This document shows positions 35,583 to 44,779 of a stretch of 58,818 nt of DNA, piece by piece; the stretch's first letter is position 1; every line of letters begins with the position of its first letter. A model generated the notes under the pieces. It ran no database searches, was not told where the DNA came from, and saw only the letters and a program-made list of their open reading frames with translations. This DNA comes from a virus. The position numbers and the translations under genes are program-made. The stretch lies in IMG/VR virus record IMGVR_UViG_3300045988_124363; one strand, written 5' to 3'.

Positions 35583-35622
35583 AAAAGGCCCAGAACCGCA
35601 GGAAAGCGGCTCCGGGCCTTTT
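35583..35622. terminator. bidirectional terminator between convergent genes (also an attP candidate)
   Basis: 17-bp imperfect inverted arms aaaaggcccagaaccgc/gcggctccgggcctttt around aggaaa. It overlaps the integrase stop codon. Confidence 0.6.
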
Positions 35623-37345
35623 ATATTGCCTTATAAGTGAACTTGTGAGAAATTCCATTCTTGAACGTCAGCATTTCCACATGGCCGTTTCTCATGCGTA
35701 CAGAATCGACGATCGACAGAAAGAACGACCGCAGCACAGACGGCTCCGTACATTCGGCCAACCCCTGAAAATAAATATACTCACGTTCCTGCAACCGCTG
35801 GGACATGATGAAGCTGCTGGCCTGTTCCAAAAAATCGTCATCCGAGAGCGACTGCGCCCACGATTCCGATGTCAGCAGGCCGATGGACTTGTCCTGTTCT
35901 TTCAGATCGTTCATCAAGTCGTTTTTCTTTATCAGGTATTCTTTATCCGACATCTGCTTGTTTGAATACAGGTAGATGTGATCGAGCCGTGCGAGGGCGC
36001 GTTCCGTCTTTCGCTTATCTGCCCGTAGTTTGCGCAGCTCCGGGTCGAGATTCTTTTTAACTGTCGGCTTTTTCAGAAGCACCGAATCAGCGGGGGAGTA
36101 TTCGGCCAGCATTTCATACAGGGCGGCCACGCTGGCCGAATCTATTCCGGCCACGTTCTTGAACGTATCGCCGCGCAGAAGCCGTGCTTCCAGATCAGCG
36201 GGGGATTTTATCTGGTCGAAGCTCTTTTGAGCATTTATCACGTTCAGGATGAAGTTTAGCAGAAATTCGCCTAGCACCGTGTCCGAGGTATATTTCGCAT
36301 TGCAGGTCTTTGTCTTGCGCACGTTCGGGCAGCCATATTTGGCCGACCGATACCCGGACGCATGGAGCTTGCCCGGAGAAGCCGTAAAAGCGGCCCCACA
36401 GCAGGCGCACCATATAAGCCCGGAAAAGATATTGACGTTCTTCTGTGTCGCGCTCCTGCCGGGCGTATTGCGGTATCTGGCGTTTGAATCCAGCATCTTC
36501 TGAACCCTGTCGAATCGTTCCTTGCTCACAAGTGGGGTGTGATGATCTGGTATCACGACCCATTCGGATTCGTCCTTGATGGCCTTGCGCCCCGGTATCT
36601 TGTAATAATTATAGCGGTATGTGCCGATATACCACGGATTCCGAAGAATCGTCCAGACAGACACAGGGGAGAACGGATTGTGCTGGCGTGACACATAGCC
36701 GCGGTCGTTCAGCTCCCGCGCCGTGTGAACCAGCGAATCCGTCTTTTCGTACAAGTCGTACATTTCCAGCACAATGAAACTTTCATCGCCATTGACGGAA
36801 AACGTCTGGGTTTCTTTGTTGTAATCATACCCAAACGGAACCCGGCCGCCATTCCATGTGCCATCGTTCGCCCTGCTGATCATCGTGGCCGTGACGCGCT
36901 CTGCTGTTGTCTTACGCTCCAACTCTGCAAAGATCAGCACCATTTTGAGCATTGCTTCACCCATCGCCGTAGACGTGTCGAATTGCTCATTGCGCGAGAT
37001 AAACGTCACGCCGAGCATCTTCAATTCCTCATACATCTGGGCGAAGTCGAGCAGGTTTCGGCTGATACGGTCAATCTTCCAGACGAGCAGATGGGAGTAC
37101 ATACCATTCCGAATCTGCATCATCATTTTTTGAAAGGCCGGCCGATCAGTATTCTTTCCCGAATAGCCTGCATCCTCAAAAATGGTATAGTCGCTGATGT
37201 TCAAAGCATATTCGCAGTAGCCGACAAGGTCTTTCCGCTGCATGGGCAGGCTGTCACGGTCTATCTGATACGCGGTCGAAACACGCAGGTATATGGCCGC
37301 CCGCTGCGGCTTTTCTTTTGGCGCATCGATTTTCTTCTTTCTCAT
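35621..37345 (-). CDS. large serine recombinase (integrase)
   Basis: N-terminal resolvase catalytic motif AAIYLRVSTAYQ, a recombinase domain, and a zinc-ribbon/coiled-coil C-terminus (CACCGA...C). 574 aa. Confidence 0.9.
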   Translation of the reverse strand: MRKKKIDAPKEKPQRAAIYLRVSTAYQIDRDSLPMQRKDLVGYCEYALNISDYTIFEDAGYSGKNTDRPAFQKMMMQIRNGMYSHLLVWKIDRISRNLLDFAQMYEELKMLGVTFISRNEQFDTSTAMGEAMLKMVLIFAELERKTTAERVTATMISRANDGTWNGGRVPFGYDYNKETQTFSVNGDESFIVLEMYDLYEKTDSLVHTARELNDRGYVSRQHNPFSPVSVWTILRNPWYIGTYRYNYYKIPGRKAIKDESEWVVIPDHHTPLVSKERFDRVQKMLDSNARYRNTPGRSATQKNVNIFSGLIWCACCGAAFTASPGKLHASGYRSAKYGCPNVRKTKTCNAKYTSDTVLGEFLLNFILNVINAQKSFDQIKSPADLEARLLRGDTFKNVAGIDSASVAALYEMLAEYSPADSVLLKKPTVKKNLDPELRKLRADKRKTERALARLDHIYLYSNKQMSDKEYLIKKNDLMNDLKEQDKSIGLLTSESWAQSLSDDDFLEQASSFIMSQRLQEREYIYFQGLAECTEPSVLRSFFLSIVDSVRMRNGHVEMLTFKNGISHKFTYKAI

Positions 37346-37476
37346 TGCTGGGCCTTATCTTTCGGAACGTATTTTGCCAAAATCTGCATGACCTTTTCAC
37401 GATCTTCTACGCTGGCCGCTTGATATGCAGCAAGCATCGTTTGAAGCTCCTGAATGAATTCTTCCTGCGAAACCAT
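37342..37476 (-). CDS. 44-aa hypothetical protein, translationally coupled to the integrase
   Basis: MVSQEEFIQELQTMLAAYQAASVEDREKVMQILAKYVPKDKAQQ. Its stop codon overlaps the integrase ATG (ATGA). Confidence 0.4.
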   Translation of the reverse strand: MVSQEEFIQELQTMLAAYQAASVEDREKVMQILAKYVPKDKAQQ

Positions 37477-37493
37477 AGCACACCTCTTATATT

Positions 37494-37895
37494 TTACTCT
37501 TTCTTTTCGGCATCCACGGCAGGATCGGCGACAGCCGCAACGTGGGTGCGCAAAAAGTCCTTGCACATGGAACGCTTTTCCACCGGGATGGAGCGGTAAA
37601 TCGAAAGCAGCTCTTTTTCGTCAGCGTCCAGCACGTCAAGGTTTTTGCGGCCGTTTGCTTTAAGCCGCTGCTTTTCGGTATCGGTCAAGATCACAATGCC
37701 GTCCCGGCCGTAAACCAGTTCGTCGATACTCATGCCCAGCCGTTCGGCCATGCCCTGAATCATATCCAGATGGGGAGCCTTGCCTTTTTTCAGGCGGGCG
37801 ATGTTGGAACTCGCAAATCCGCTCTCAATAATGAGTCTGCTGGGTGCGATGTCGTGCCGTGCGCAGGCGTCCAAAATGTTTTCGTACAAGCCCAT
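37494..37895 (-). CDS. CI-like repressor (XRE HTH)
   Basis: HTH ILDACARHDIAPSRLIIESGFASSNIARLKKG. Divergent from a Cro-like gene, with a GAGGTG SD before the ATG at 37895. Confidence 0.75.
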   Translation of the reverse strand: MGLYENILDACARHDIAPSRLIIESGFASSNIARLKKGKAPHLDMIQGMAERLGMSIDELVYGRDGIVILTDTEKQRLKANGRKNLDVLDADEKELLSIYRSIPVEKRSMCKDFLRTHVAAVADPAVDAEKKE

Positions 37896-37907
37896 AATAT
37901 AAAACAC

Positions 37908-38040
37908 CTCACAAATTTACTCACAAATGAGAGCAAAAGCTGTTGACTCACTCACAAATGAGAGCTATAATAACAAATGTAAACCGACGAAAGCTCACAA
38001 AGTCGTTTACAAATGTAAGTATACCCTAAATATAGCATAG
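37908..38040. promoter_or_regulatory. lysis-lysogeny switch region: rightward promoter plus multiple operators
   Basis: TTGACT (37943..37948), 17-nt spacer, TATAAT (37966..37971). Operator actcacaaatgagagc at 37919..37934 and 37950..37965, with partial sites at 37908..37919 and 37993..38002. TTACAAATGTAA-type palindromes at 37970..37983 and 38006..38019. Confidence 0.7.
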
Positions 38041-38077
38041 CTCACCAAAAAAAGCAAAGGAGGTCAAGAATTAAAAT

Positions 38078-38299
38078 ATGAAGCTCGAACTGCATCTGGA
38101 CTGGAAGCGCACGGTCAAGACCATTATGACCATGAGAGGTCTGTCCAACAGCGATCTGGCGCAGGCTGCCGGTACTACCGACGCAACCATGCGGCAGGTC
38201 ATCAACAAATCGGTCAAGGGAGCCGTGATGAACAAAGTCAGCGAGTATCTTGGTATCACCAATGCCGAAGTTCATCACGTCGTGATCGAGGTCGAATAA
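38078..38299 (+). CDS. Cro-like HTH protein
   Basis: MRGLSNSDLAQAAGTTDATMRQVIN HTH; first gene of the rightward operon. Confidence 0.6.
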   Translation: MKLELHLDWKRTVKTIMTMRGLSNSDLAQAAGTTDATMRQVINKSVKGAVMNKVSEYLGITNAEVHHVVIEVE

Positions 38300-38336
38300 C
38301 CTTACATCTATTTTACAGCATTGGAGCCGAGAAGAT

Positions 38337-38837
38337 ATGCAGAATGAGTGCAGCAAAGGCAATGACAACTATTACTTTTTGTGTCGGAAAAAAGCATCGG
38401 AACACAACGACGCACTGAGCAGCCGCCTTGGAGCGGCATCCCGCCTGAATATTTCGGAATCCGCTTTGCGCAATTATGAAGTCGATACCGCGAACGTGCC
38501 CCAGGACATCGTCTGTGCGATGGCTGGCCTGTATGGTATGCCCGAAATGGAAACTCATTATTGCAAGACCGACTGTCCCATCGGGAAGCACGTCGGCGGT
38601 GCCCTTACCTGCGAAGTAAAGAGCATCGAAAGCGTGGCAGTCAACTTCCTGACCCACACCAACGGCAACGACATTCAGGCCATGCAGAACGCTGTCCTGA
38701 AAATCGCCCTCGACGGAAAAGTCAGCGAGGAGGAGCGTGACCAGCTCCGGCAGATCGTCAAATTCATCGAAAACATCGCGCGGGACGCCAGCGATATGCG
38801 GCTGATGCTCGAAAGGAAGTGCCAGAATGGAGCTTAA
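38337..38837 (+). CDS. XRE-family HTH regulator with a C-terminal domain
   Basis: LSSRLGAASRLNISESALRNYE HTH; 166 aa. Confidence 0.6.
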   Translation: MQNECSKGNDNYYFLCRKKASEHNDALSSRLGAASRLNISESALRNYEVDTANVPQDIVCAMAGLYGMPEMETHYCKTDCPIGKHVGGALTCEVKSIESVAVNFLTHTNGNDIQAMQNAVLKIALDGKVSEEERDQLRQIVKFIENIARDASDMRLMLERKCQNGA

Positions 38838-38979
38838 AGACATTTTGCGCGACATCCTGAAGCGCGATTATGGCATCGAAACGGACGCCCAGCTCATGCA
38901 GGCTATTCGTGAGCAGAAGCCGCTTGACATCGGGATTTTCGTTTCGCAGCCTGCAAGCCAACAGGCGAAAGCCTGCTGA
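38827..38979 (+). CDS. 50-aa hypothetical protein
   Basis: MELKDILRDILKRDYGIETDAQLMQAIREQKPLDIGIFVSQPASQQAKAC; too short for the supplied ORF track. Confidence 0.4.
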   Translation: MELKDILRDILKRDYGIETDAQLMQAIREQKPLDIGIFVSQPASQQAKAC

Positions 38980-39001
38980 ATCATCCACAGGAGGTATGAA
39001 C

Positions 39002-39949
39002 ATGGAAGAACTCACCGTCCAGATTCAGAAACCCATCATCCCGCCGCTGGTCTGGAACAAAGAAGCCGTTGAAGCCTACGTCAACGAAGCTCTGGAAAAG
39101 TACGTCGGCATTGTCTACACCGATGACATGATCGACGACGCAAAGAAAGACCGGGCGAAGCTCAACGCGCTGGAAAAGCAGCTGGCAAAGGCTTTCACGG
39201 CCACGAAAGACGTTTACCTTGGCCCGCTGACCGAACTGGAAACCGTAACCAAAGACCTGCGGCAGAAAATCAAGAAAACGTCCGGGGAAATCGACACACA
39301 GGTCAAATCTTACGAGGACGCACTGAAGCAGGACAAAAAGAACGACCTCTATCGTGTTTACACCACCGCCGCTGGCGCGCTGGCCGTTCTCGTACCGTTC
39401 GAGAAAATTTTCAATGAACGCTGGCTTAACAAGACCTACGCTTTCAGCACCGCAGAAAAGGAGCTGAAAACCATCATCGAGGAAAAGCGGCTGGAGCTGG
39501 ACGATCTGGCCGACGACTGCGAACCCGGCGAGGAATACGAAGCCGTAAAGCGGGCCTACCTCAAGAACCTGTCCATGAAAGAAGCCCGCGCCGAGCGCAA
39601 GGCGTTCCGCGACTTCAAAGCCCAGCAGGAGCAGGCAGCGGCAGCAAAGGCCGCCGAGGAAGCCGCCCGCCGCGCCGCGCCTGTTATCCAGCGTCCCACC
39701 GCCGAAGACCTTGAAATCAAAGCGCAGGCCGCCCAGAACGTCGAGATGTCAAAGATCATCGACGACAACGGCCGTCTGGACTTTTCCTCTCTCCGCGCCG
39801 CGCAGCCTGAACAGGCCGCTTCGGTCGAAGAACCTGCGCAGCAGCCCAAAATCTTTGAGCGCACTCTTCACGTCCGCTATACCGCCGAGCAGGGCCGTGA
39901 GCTGATCGAAGCTCTGAACAAAATCGGCCTTGAATACAAACTGATCTAA
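39002..39949 (+). CDS. DUF1351-like phage protein (RecT-associated)
   Basis: AGGAGG SD; coiled-coil 315-aa protein directly upstream of recT, as in many Firmicute phages. Confidence 0.5.
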   Translation: MEELTVQIQKPIIPPLVWNKEAVEAYVNEALEKYVGIVYTDDMIDDAKKDRAKLNALEKQLAKAFTATKDVYLGPLTELETVTKDLRQKIKKTSGEIDTQVKSYEDALKQDKKNDLYRVYTTAAGALAVLVPFEKIFNERWLNKTYAFSTAEKELKTIIEEKRLELDDLADDCEPGEEYEAVKRAYLKNLSMKEARAERKAFRDFKAQQEQAAAAKAAEEAARRAAPVIQRPTAEDLEIKAQAAQNVEMSKIIDDNGRLDFSSLRAAQPEQAASVEEPAQQPKIFERTLHVRYTAEQGRELIEALNKIGLEYKLI

Positions 39950-39964
39950 CAGGAGGTCAATATT

Positions 39965-40867
39965 ATGGGATTTTCCGTACCGGGGCAGCCCCAAAACACC
40001 GCGCCGCGTGGCGCACCCGTCGCAACTTCCCGCGCCGGTGGCTATGCAGCTCCCACCACCCGCCAGCAGGAAGCCGCCCTTGCAACCGTCGCACCGTCTG
40101 AGCCTGTCAAGTATGAAGCAGGCGGCGAAGAAATCGAGCTTTCGCCGGAACTTATCAAGACGTATCTGGTCAACGGCGACGCCGACAAGGTCACAGATCA
40201 GGAAGTCATGATGTACTTGAATCTGTGCCGCTTCAACCACCTGAATCCTTGGCTGAAAGAGGTCTATCTTATCAAGTACGGCGATAAGCCCGCAACGATG
40301 GTTCCAGGCAAGGAATCTTTTATGAAGCGGGCCGAGCGCAACCAGCACTTTGCAGGCATTGAAAGCGGCATCGTCGTCCACAACTCCAACAATAACCAAA
40401 TCGAGTACCGCGAGGGCAGCGCGGTCTATGAAGATTTTGGTGAAAAGCTGATCGGCGGCTGGGCCAAAGTCTACCGCACCGACCGTCAGTTCCCGAACTA
40501 CTCTGAATGTGCCCTCTCTGAATACCTTGGCAAAAAGGGCAACGGCGAGGTCAACCAGCAGTGGAGCACCAAACCTGCGACCATGATTCGCAAAGTTGCA
40601 ATGGTGCAAGCTCTCCGCGAAGCGTTCCCGACCGACCTTGGCGCGATGTATGCAGCAGAGGAGCAGGGCGTAGAGGAGCCGGACAGCCTGCCGCAGGGCA
40701 GCCAGACCGAGCCGACCTTTAACCGCCGCCCGCGCAAGCCGAAAGCCCCGGCGCGGCCTGACGTCGAAATCATCGACGCCACCCCGAACGATGAAGCCGA
40801 CCCGCTGGCAGCTCTCGAAAACGCTGGCCCCGAAAACAGCGATATGCAGGAAGGACAGGAAAAATGA
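39965..40867 (+). CDS. recT: RecT-family single-strand annealing recombinase
   Basis: Motifs LNPWLKEVYLIKYGDKPATMVPG and QQWSTKPATMIRKVAMVQALREAFP. Confidence 0.85.
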   Translation: MGFSVPGQPQNTAPRGAPVATSRAGGYAAPTTRQQEAALATVAPSEPVKYEAGGEEIELSPELIKTYLVNGDADKVTDQEVMMYLNLCRFNHLNPWLKEVYLIKYGDKPATMVPGKESFMKRAERNQHFAGIESGIVVHNSNNNQIEYREGSAVYEDFGEKLIGGWAKVYRTDRQFPNYSECALSEYLGKKGNGEVNQQWSTKPATMIRKVAMVQALREAFPTDLGAMYAAEEQGVEEPDSLPQGSQTEPTFNRRPRKPKAPARPDVEIIDATPNDEADPLAALENAGPENSDMQEGQEK

Positions 40868-41424
40868 TCTGCACAAGTAAAACAGGCGTCCTTGTTTATG
40901 GTGAGCTTGCCAAAGAGCCGGAATTTAAGCGGCTCCAGAATGGCAGCTACCTGATGAAGCTGAACATCCGCTATGACAGCGAAAAGAACGAAGCAGGGAA
41001 GTGGCTTGGAAAATTCATTGACGTCAATATCTGGCGTGTGGACGTTGACCTCTGGGATGATATGCTCCACAAGGGCGATAATGTCATTGCCAGCGGCAAA
41101 AAGGTCGAGCCGCACGAATACAACGGCAAAACCTATTACCAGCTCGACGCCGAGGACGTCACACCATCCGGCAAAACACAACTGCGCTGGCTGCAACAGG
41201 CCATCAACGCCGTTTGGAGCGCAGGCCCCACACCGGCAGAGCAGCCACCGGCAGCCACTGAACCGCCCCAGCCGGAACCGCAGCAGCAGGCCGCCCCACC
41301 CGCGTCCCGCGCTACTGCACCTGCACAACCCGCCCAGCAGCCCGAAAGCACTCAGCCTGCCCGCCAGTACACCGAGGACGAAATGCGAATCATCGAGGGC
41401 GACGACGATGATCTGCCGTTCTAA
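40864..41424 (+). CDS. ssb: single-stranded DNA-binding protein
   Basis: OB-fold-like N-terminus, Pro/Gln/Ala-rich linker and an acidic tail ending DDDDLPF. Confidence 0.8.
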   Translation: MICTSKTGVLVYGELAKEPEFKRLQNGSYLMKLNIRYDSEKNEAGKWLGKFIDVNIWRVDVDLWDDMLHKGDNVIASGKKVEPHEYNGKTYYQLDAEDVTPSGKTQLRWLQQAINAVWSAGPTPAEQPPAATEPPQPEPQQQAAPPASRATAPAQPAQQPESTQPARQYTEDEMRIIEGDDDDLPF

Positions 41425-41436
41425 GGAGGGCGCACG

Positions 41437-42264
41437 ATGGCAACATACAGACAGATATACATATCCTTTTGGAGCGACACGAAAGTCTGTGATGACTTTT
41501 CGCCGGAGGACAAGTATTTCTACATCTACCTGCTGACCAACCCTCACACCAATATCTGCGGATGCTACGAGATCAGCTCCAGCCAGATGGCGCAGGAGCT
41601 TGGCTACAACGAAGAATCGGTCAAAAAGCTGCTGCGCCGCATGGAGCAGACGCATGATGTCATCCGCTACAACTGGCAGAAAAAAGAACTCCTGATTCTG
41701 AACTGGCACAAGTACAACTGGACGAAAAGCCCGAAAATGGTTTCAGCCGTCCGCGCCGTGGCCCAGTACATCAAGACCGACGAATACCGGGTCTACATCC
41801 TGTCCACGCTCGAACGCACCATCAACGGCCAGAAAGAACCCGCCCCGCAGCCTGCGGCGGCGGGCACTCTTTCCACGGCGGCCCCTGCACAGCCCGCCGC
41901 CATCACCGCACACCAGAAGACTGACGAGGAAGAAACCATGAGCCGCATGGTAGCATCCTACGAGCAGAACATCGGCCCAATCAAACGCGCCGTGTTCGAC
42001 GCTATGCGGATGTGGTGGCTGTCAAAGGGCGTCGAGCCTGACATGATCTGCGCCGCGATGGATGAAGCCGCTATGCAGAACGCTCCGAACTGGACATACG
42101 CCGAGGGCATCTTGCGCCGCTGTCTTTCCGCAGGTATCACCACGCTGGCCGGATTCCGGGCAGATCAAAAGCACTTCCAGAGCAAACGAAAAGGAGGTAC
42201 GCCCGCCGCGACCGCTGACCAGCAGGAAGAACCCAGCCTGTACGCGGCGTTTGGCATGAACTGA
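41437..42264 (+). CDS. replication initiation/organiser protein with a DnaD-like domain
   Basis: N-terminal phage replisome-organiser-like region. C-terminal YEQNIGPI.....D.M..W........D.I..A.DEA......NW.YAEGILRRC. Confidence 0.7.
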   Translation: MATYRQIYISFWSDTKVCDDFSPEDKYFYIYLLTNPHTNICGCYEISSSQMAQELGYNEESVKKLLRRMEQTHDVIRYNWQKKELLILNWHKYNWTKSPKMVSAVRAVAQYIKTDEYRVYILSTLERTINGQKEPAPQPAAAGTLSTAAPAQPAAITAHQKTDEEETMSRMVASYEQNIGPIKRAVFDAMRMWWLSKGVEPDMICAAMDEAAMQNAPNWTYAEGILRRCLSAGITTLAGFRADQKHFQSKRKGGTPAATADQQEEPSLYAAFGMN

Positions 42265-42265
42265 T

Positions 42266-43114
42266 ATGAGCATCGAATCCGCATTGAATCAGGTCGTGCA
42301 GCAGGCGCAGGCCGCCCAGAGCGTCGCCCCTGACGACTACAAAGACCCCAAAACCGGGCTTTTGATGTGCGGCAAGTGCCATACCCCGAAGCAGTACCAT
42401 TTCCACAATGCCGCCTTTGACTTGGGCCTTGTCCCGGTGATGTGTGACTGCCAGCGGGCAGCCCATGACGCCGAACAGCAGAAACGCCGGGAAGCCGAGC
42501 GGGAAATACTCACAGCGCGGCGCAAAGCGGCCTGTTTTGGAGCCAACGACCGAAAAGCGGCATACACCTTTGACACCGACGACCGTGCCAATACAGCGGC
42601 CACCAATGCGGCACAGGGCTATGTCCGGCACTTCACCGAAATGCGGGAAAAGGGACGCGGCCTGTTTTTCATCGGGCCGTGCGGCACTGGCAAAACCTTT
42701 TTGGCCTGCTGCATCGCAAACGCCCTGCTAGATAAAGGCTACACCGTCAAGGTGTCTACCTTTGCCGACATCGCCAACCGCCTGCAAGGGACGTTCGACA
42801 AAGAATCCATCTACGACGACCTGAACGCCGTAGATCTTCTGATACTGGACGACCTCAACGCCGAGCGCGATACCTCTTTCATGCAGGAAATCGTGTTCAC
42901 GGTCATTGACAACCGCTGCGCCGCTCAAAAACCCCTGATCGTCACGTCCAACATCACGCCGTCCGAATTTGCAAACCCCGACACCATCGAACGCCGCCGC
43001 GTTTTCAGCCGCCTGCAGGAGGTCTGCATCCCGGTTGAAGTCAACGGCAAAGACCGCCGCCGTGAAGCCATGATGAAAAGTTGCCGCGACGATCTCGCAT
43101 TCCTCAACACATAA
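42266..43114 (+). CDS. DnaC/IstB-like helicase loader ATPase
   Basis: Walker A GPCGTGKT and Walker B LLILDDL. Confidence 0.8.
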   Translation: MSIESALNQVVQQAQAAQSVAPDDYKDPKTGLLMCGKCHTPKQYHFHNAAFDLGLVPVMCDCQRAAHDAEQQKRREAEREILTARRKAACFGANDRKAAYTFDTDDRANTAATNAAQGYVRHFTEMREKGRGLFFIGPCGTGKTFLACCIANALLDKGYTVKVSTFADIANRLQGTFDKESIYDDLNAVDLLILDDLNAERDTSFMQEIVFTVIDNRCAAQKPLIVTSNITPSEFANPDTIERRRVFSRLQEVCIPVEVNGKDRRREAMMKSCRDDLAFLNT

Positions 43115-43126
43115 AGGAGAATCCGT

Positions 43127-43312
43127 ATGAAGTACGATATTGAACTCCGCATATTCAGCAAGGAAGATCGCCGCACCATCGCGGCCATCCTGTCAGACAA
43201 CGGCTATGACGTCGGCCAGCATACCAAAAAGGCCGGCAAAACTGGCCGCTCGACCGTCTATTGCATCCATGCAACAGACATGAAAAAGGAGGATACCCAG
43301 AATGACATATAA
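43127..43312 (+). CDS. hypothetical protein
   Basis: 61-aa ORF with an AAGGAG SD. Confidence 0.45.
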   Translation: MKYDIELRIFSKEDRRTIAAILSDNGYDVGQHTKKAGKTGRSTVYCIHATDMKKEDTQNDI

Positions 43313-43604
43313 GCACACCGAAACCACCACCGACGCCTACCAGCTCACCAAAAACTACGCCAGCGACGCCCCCAAATGGGTGCGTGACCGCATCGGCACC
43401 CGGCTTTTTGAGAATACCACCATCCGGGACGGCGCAATCCGCTTTGATGGCTTGACGTCCATCATCCAGAACCGCAAGCTGCGCGAACGCATGACTGCCC
43501 GCCCCGGCGACTACCTTGTGCGCCTGCCCGACGGTAACGTCGTCGTCTACACGAAGCGCAACTTTGAAGCCCTCTACACCCCGGCAGAGGGGCAGCAGGC
43601 ATGA
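43302..43604 (+). CDS. hypothetical protein
   Basis: 100-aa ORF with an AGGAGG SD. Confidence 0.5.
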   Translation: MTYKHTETTTDAYQLTKNYASDAPKWVRDRIGTRLFENTTIRDGAIRFDGLTSIIQNRKLRERMTARPGDYLVRLPDGNVVVYTKRNFEALYTPAEGQQA

Positions 43605-44020
43605 TTATTGCTTTCGCTGTCCCCGGAGAGCCGAAAGGCAAGGCCCGCCCACGCACCGTCCAAATCGCGGGCCATGCCAGCACCTACACCCCAAAGGAAA
43701 CGGTCATGTATGAAAATCTGGTGCGGCTCTATTACCAGCAGGCCGCCAGAGGATTGCGGCTTTCCGGCCCCATACAGGCCGAAATCGTCAGCTATTCATC
43801 CGTCCCGAAATCCACCTCAAAAAAGAAAAGAGCCTTGATGCTTGACATCAAGACCCTTTGCCAGAAGAAGCCAGACGTTGATAATCTGGCGAAAATCGTT
43901 TTGGACTCTCTGAATAAAATCGCCTACGACGACGATGCGCAGGTCTGCCGCCTGCTGGTCGAAAAGCGATACGGGGGGACCCCTCAAGTGCTTGTCAGAT
44001 TGAGCGAGCTGGAACCATGA
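43601..44020 (+). CDS. rusA: RusA-family Holliday junction resolvase
   Basis: GEPKGKARPR ... KPDVDNLAKIVLDSLNKIAYDDDAQV. Confidence 0.85.
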   Translation: MIIAFAVPGEPKGKARPRTVQIAGHASTYTPKETVMYENLVRLYYQQAARGLRLSGPIQAEIVSYSSVPKSTSKKKRALMLDIKTLCQKKPDVDNLAKIVLDSLNKIAYDDDAQVCRLLVEKRYGGTPQVLVRLSELEP

Positions 44021-44166
44021 AGATTTTATACTACATCTTAGCATTTGCCATGGGCTATTTTTTCCGCAAATACGGGCAAGCCCACAAAAAGCACGACGAG
44101 CTGGACAGCCATGCAGAAGAGCTTATCCGGCGCGAACAGGAAGCCGAAACTTTCGGCGATCTTTGA
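44017..44166 (+). CDS. 49-aa small membrane protein
   Basis: MKILYYILAFAMGYFFRKYG...; ATGA overlap with rusA; too short for the ORF track. Confidence 0.4.
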   Translation: MKILYYILAFAMGYFFRKYGQAHKKHDELDSHAEELIRREQEAETFGDL

Positions 44167-44179
44167 AAGGAGCATCACA

Positions 44180-44668
44180 ATGGCCATCACCAACTATGAA
44201 GAAATGTCCATCACGTCCCCGGCCTTTAACACAGTCCGCGAAGCCTTTGACGTGGCCTTGCAGCGGCTTTTGAAGAAGATGGAGAAGTCCAAAATGGACG
44301 AGGGCCAGATTGCCCTGAACATCACCGTCACCAACGAGGACGTCTTTACCGATGACGATGCAGAGCTGGGCGACACCGACGGCCCGGAAAAAAAGCCTGT
44401 CCTGAAGTACAAGATCACGACCACCGTGCCCATAAAGGACACCGACGACGGCAAGGCCGATACCGGCATGGCCCTTGTCTGGGACAAAGACCTTGGCCGC
44501 TATGTGCTGGTCTATATGCAGACCAACCAGACCTCTATGTACGACAACCCGCCCGCAGGCGCCCCCCAGCAGACCACCATGAACCCAGCGCAGCAGATCG
44601 GGCAGGGGAGCGGCGCACTGATCGACATCCGCGCTTTCAGGCCGGACGACGACGGCGACGACGAATAA
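44180..44668 (+). CDS. hypothetical acidic protein
   Basis: 162 aa with an AAAGGAG SD. Confidence 0.55.
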   Translation: MAITNYEEMSITSPAFNTVREAFDVALQRLLKKMEKSKMDEGQIALNITVTNEDVFTDDDAELGDTDGPEKKPVLKYKITTTVPIKDTDDGKADTGMALVWDKDLGRYVLVYMQTNQTSMYDNPPAGAPQQTTMNPAQQIGQGSGALIDIRAFRPDDDGDDE

Positions 44669-44779
44669 CCCCCATCGGGCAGCTTTTGGGCATAAAAAGA
44701 GCCGCCCACCCTCAAACCTCAAATGGCCTAAGAATGAACGGCGCCGGACAACCGTTATTATACCATTTGAGCGGAGGAA

